A DNA stretch of 64,000 bases from Tubulanus polymorphus (Eukaryota > Animalia > Nemertea). The notes under the pieces were generated by a model. That model ran no database searches. It saw only the letters and a list, made by a program, of their open reading frames with translations, and was not told the DNA's origin. The position numbers and the translations under genes were made by a program. The DNA lies in contig NC_134030.1 in assembly GCF_964204645.1 (NCBI RefSeq), positions 5,994,778 to 6,058,777 of the forward strand. The letters are read 5' to 3'. Below, in pieces: positions 61,629 to 64,000 of the stretch. Positions within the stretch are counted from its first letter, which is position 1; each line of letters starts with the position of its first letter.

Positions 61629-63335
61629 ATCTTATGTAACATGCCAAAATATATGAATGAATAAAATCATCTCTTAAAAAAATTATTCGACACCTTCTTT
61701 TGATGGATTTTTATACGATGTAGCGGATAGATATTTTTGTAATTACGTCAGATGGTGATATCATTCGTCAGTTTCGTGTTGGTGTGGATTTTATGATTCG
61801 AATGATGAGATTCATACGAGCTACTGATATTTATTTATACGTATGACATCTTCGAATGAGTGGAAATCATTATGACCTCCCTGAGTGACATACTGATACA
61901 GGCTCAGTAAATTCTCAATAACGGTATCTGCTAGTTGTAATGAGGCTGGGCTGTTATTTTAGTGTCATTCCATATCAATGTAACCATAATACGATATTCT
62001 CTGAGATGTATTACCTTTTCATCTTATTACAAGTGTACTTGCAATATGCATGAAAACAAATTCCTGTCGTGGGCACGAGGATACCAGGTACTGTATGTTA
62101 TTTCATACTTTCTACTATGGCCGTTCAACGATTTGGCAAGCGAGTGTAATGTTAGTTCCCGTTTTCCCCACAAGTATGATACATAGTGGTAGCACTAGAC
62201 AGTCAAGATCGCTATTTGTACTATAGGAGCAATTTGTTTCAGTCGTCAGTTCCATCATTGCTAATGCTCCACTTTATGAAATTAATCTATTGATTAAGAC
62301 TCTAAAGCCACTATTTAATACAAATAATTCCAATCTAGTTCATCCGATTTTTGATTTTGGTTAAAAAGATAAGTATTTATTCTTGTGTAGCCTACATAGG
62401 GCAGGTCTGTCCATATCGATGTATATTTTCTTTTCTATGAAATAAATTAACTTGATCTCGAAGGTAATCGTGATTATTTGACAAATCATGATGAACAGTT
62501 ACAATTTCTCCACCACTCTAAAACGAGTCCATGCTGCTACATACAAACCATGTGATGTGTTTTATTCTTCAACTGAATTAGACAGTGACCAGTCTTTGAA
62601 AAATTATTATCCTAATATATATTCTACGTGTTTTCCAATGCGTCTAATAATTCATTTGGTAAAGGCCTGCACCCGGCTTTACCAAATCACTGGTTGAGGA
62701 TTAAAACACGACAGTTGTTGGACTAATTATTTTCAGACAGCTTTAAGATTTCTTCTGAAGAAGGTCTAATTTGACCTTGGTGATTATTATCCATAATTAA
62801 CGACAAGTTCAGTGTAAAAAAGCTCGATCCGAATACGGGACGTTTTTCACTTGAGACCTGTCAATACAACAGTACAGGTGTATGTGTTCTGCCGAAAAAC
62901 GAAACGATTATCCAAATATGAAATTGACATCAGTCTATTGTTGAGATCGATGATTATTTCCGCCTTATATATGCAGAGTATTATACATCTAAAACTTGAA
63001 TACATCATCAGAACTCCGATCGGTGTAGTTTTAATTGTGGTCAACTGGTGATTCGGTTTCGTAGACTGTAAATTCAAGTAAGTGTAAAATCGTATAAAGC
63101 AAAACTCCAAACACGGCCTATGTTTAGCACCACAGTATTATCCAACGATCATTTTTGAGATTGCTTAAACGGCAAAATAGTTGCATTTTTTTCATAATTA
63201 AATTACGTTGAATCATGTCTCTGATTGTGAAAGTCTAGACTTGTAACCTTTCAAACCAATACGTTTTGTGTTGTACCAAACCGAAATAGCTAGACTTTAA
63301 GTGTATGTTAATCGCGTCTTATCTTTCAGCACAAG

Positions 63336-63668
63336 ATGAGTATTGGAAACGTTTTGGTTCTAATTTTCGGTAGGTTCTTTAGTCACGATTAAGTCGATAA
63401 ATTCCAACCACTTCTAATTGCTGAGAATGTCTGAATGTCTTTGATTCTTATAGTTTTATTCGAGGGTGCTGCGGCGGCGTCAGTTGTTCTGTTTGGTCCT
63501 AACAGTGCTGACACAGATGATGCTCCTAGCGCCGTCATCTGTCCTTCCAATATGAAGGTATTTAGTTGTGCATGTTACGATGATTCTTGCTGCGACGGTA
63601 CACACATATCCCCAGATGGACAGACTTGTACGGCATTCAAAAAACGCTTCGGATGCCGGTCAACAAAG
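63336..63668 (+). CDS. Cys-rich secreted protein, array copy H, partial (later exons beyond window). Exons 63336-63369, 63454-63668
   Basis: MSIGNVLVLIF|VLFEGAAAASVVLFGPNSADTDDAPSAVICPSNMKVFSCACYDDSCCDG..CTAFKKRFGCRSTK. Confidence 0.8.
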
Positions 63669-64000
63669 GTACGTGTAAGAAATTTCAAAATTAAATTATT
63701 TCTTAGTACAAAAATTTCGAGGTAAAATTTAAGTCCTAACTATCGATAGTGTCTTGAAGTGGTTGAATGGATTTTCCCTAATGTGGCTGGCTCACACTTT
63801 AAAATATAAAGTGCGACGGATTTTTTTCAATCACATCAATTTTATGTTGATCAGGTTGATTATCAAAATGTTTTATTTCTAAATGCACCGATTGTTTTAC
63901 GTGCTAATGGTGACAATAATTATTATCGAGTTGTTTGGTCATCGAAGTTATCGCAGTGTTTGTGACGCATTTCTGAATTTTTGATTTTATACATACTTTG

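Overview
AT-rich, intron-containing invertebrate (metazoan) genomic DNA; no prokaryotic features. From left to right: (1) the 5' part of a multi-exon minus-strand CNC-bZIP gene of the ER-anchored Nrf1/NFE2L1-CncC type, whose bZIP exon would lie left of the window; (2) two tandem intronless rhodopsin-class GPCR paralogues and a 177-aa orphan ORF; (3) a head-to-head pair of Ig/FN3 single-pass membrane protein genes; (4) from about 29.3 kb to the window end, a tandem birth-and-death array of small secreted 14-Cys proteins, with 5 apparently intact genes, 1 pseudogene, several relics and 1 gene running off the end. The two Cys modules of these proteins match the spacing of the PCSK9 C-terminal/resistin-like beta-sandwich repeats, with no protease attached. 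Their mature-peptide exons differ overwhelmingly by amino-acid-changing substitutions while flanking non-coding DNA is nearly identical, which is the most striking signal in the window. The array also carries a decayed LINE interrupted by a full-length intact antisense LINE, MITEs with TSDs confirmed by empty paralogous sites, and Penelope-type repeats with minimal hammerhead ribozyme motifs. All exon models and counts were read by eye and need transcript or alignment confirmation.
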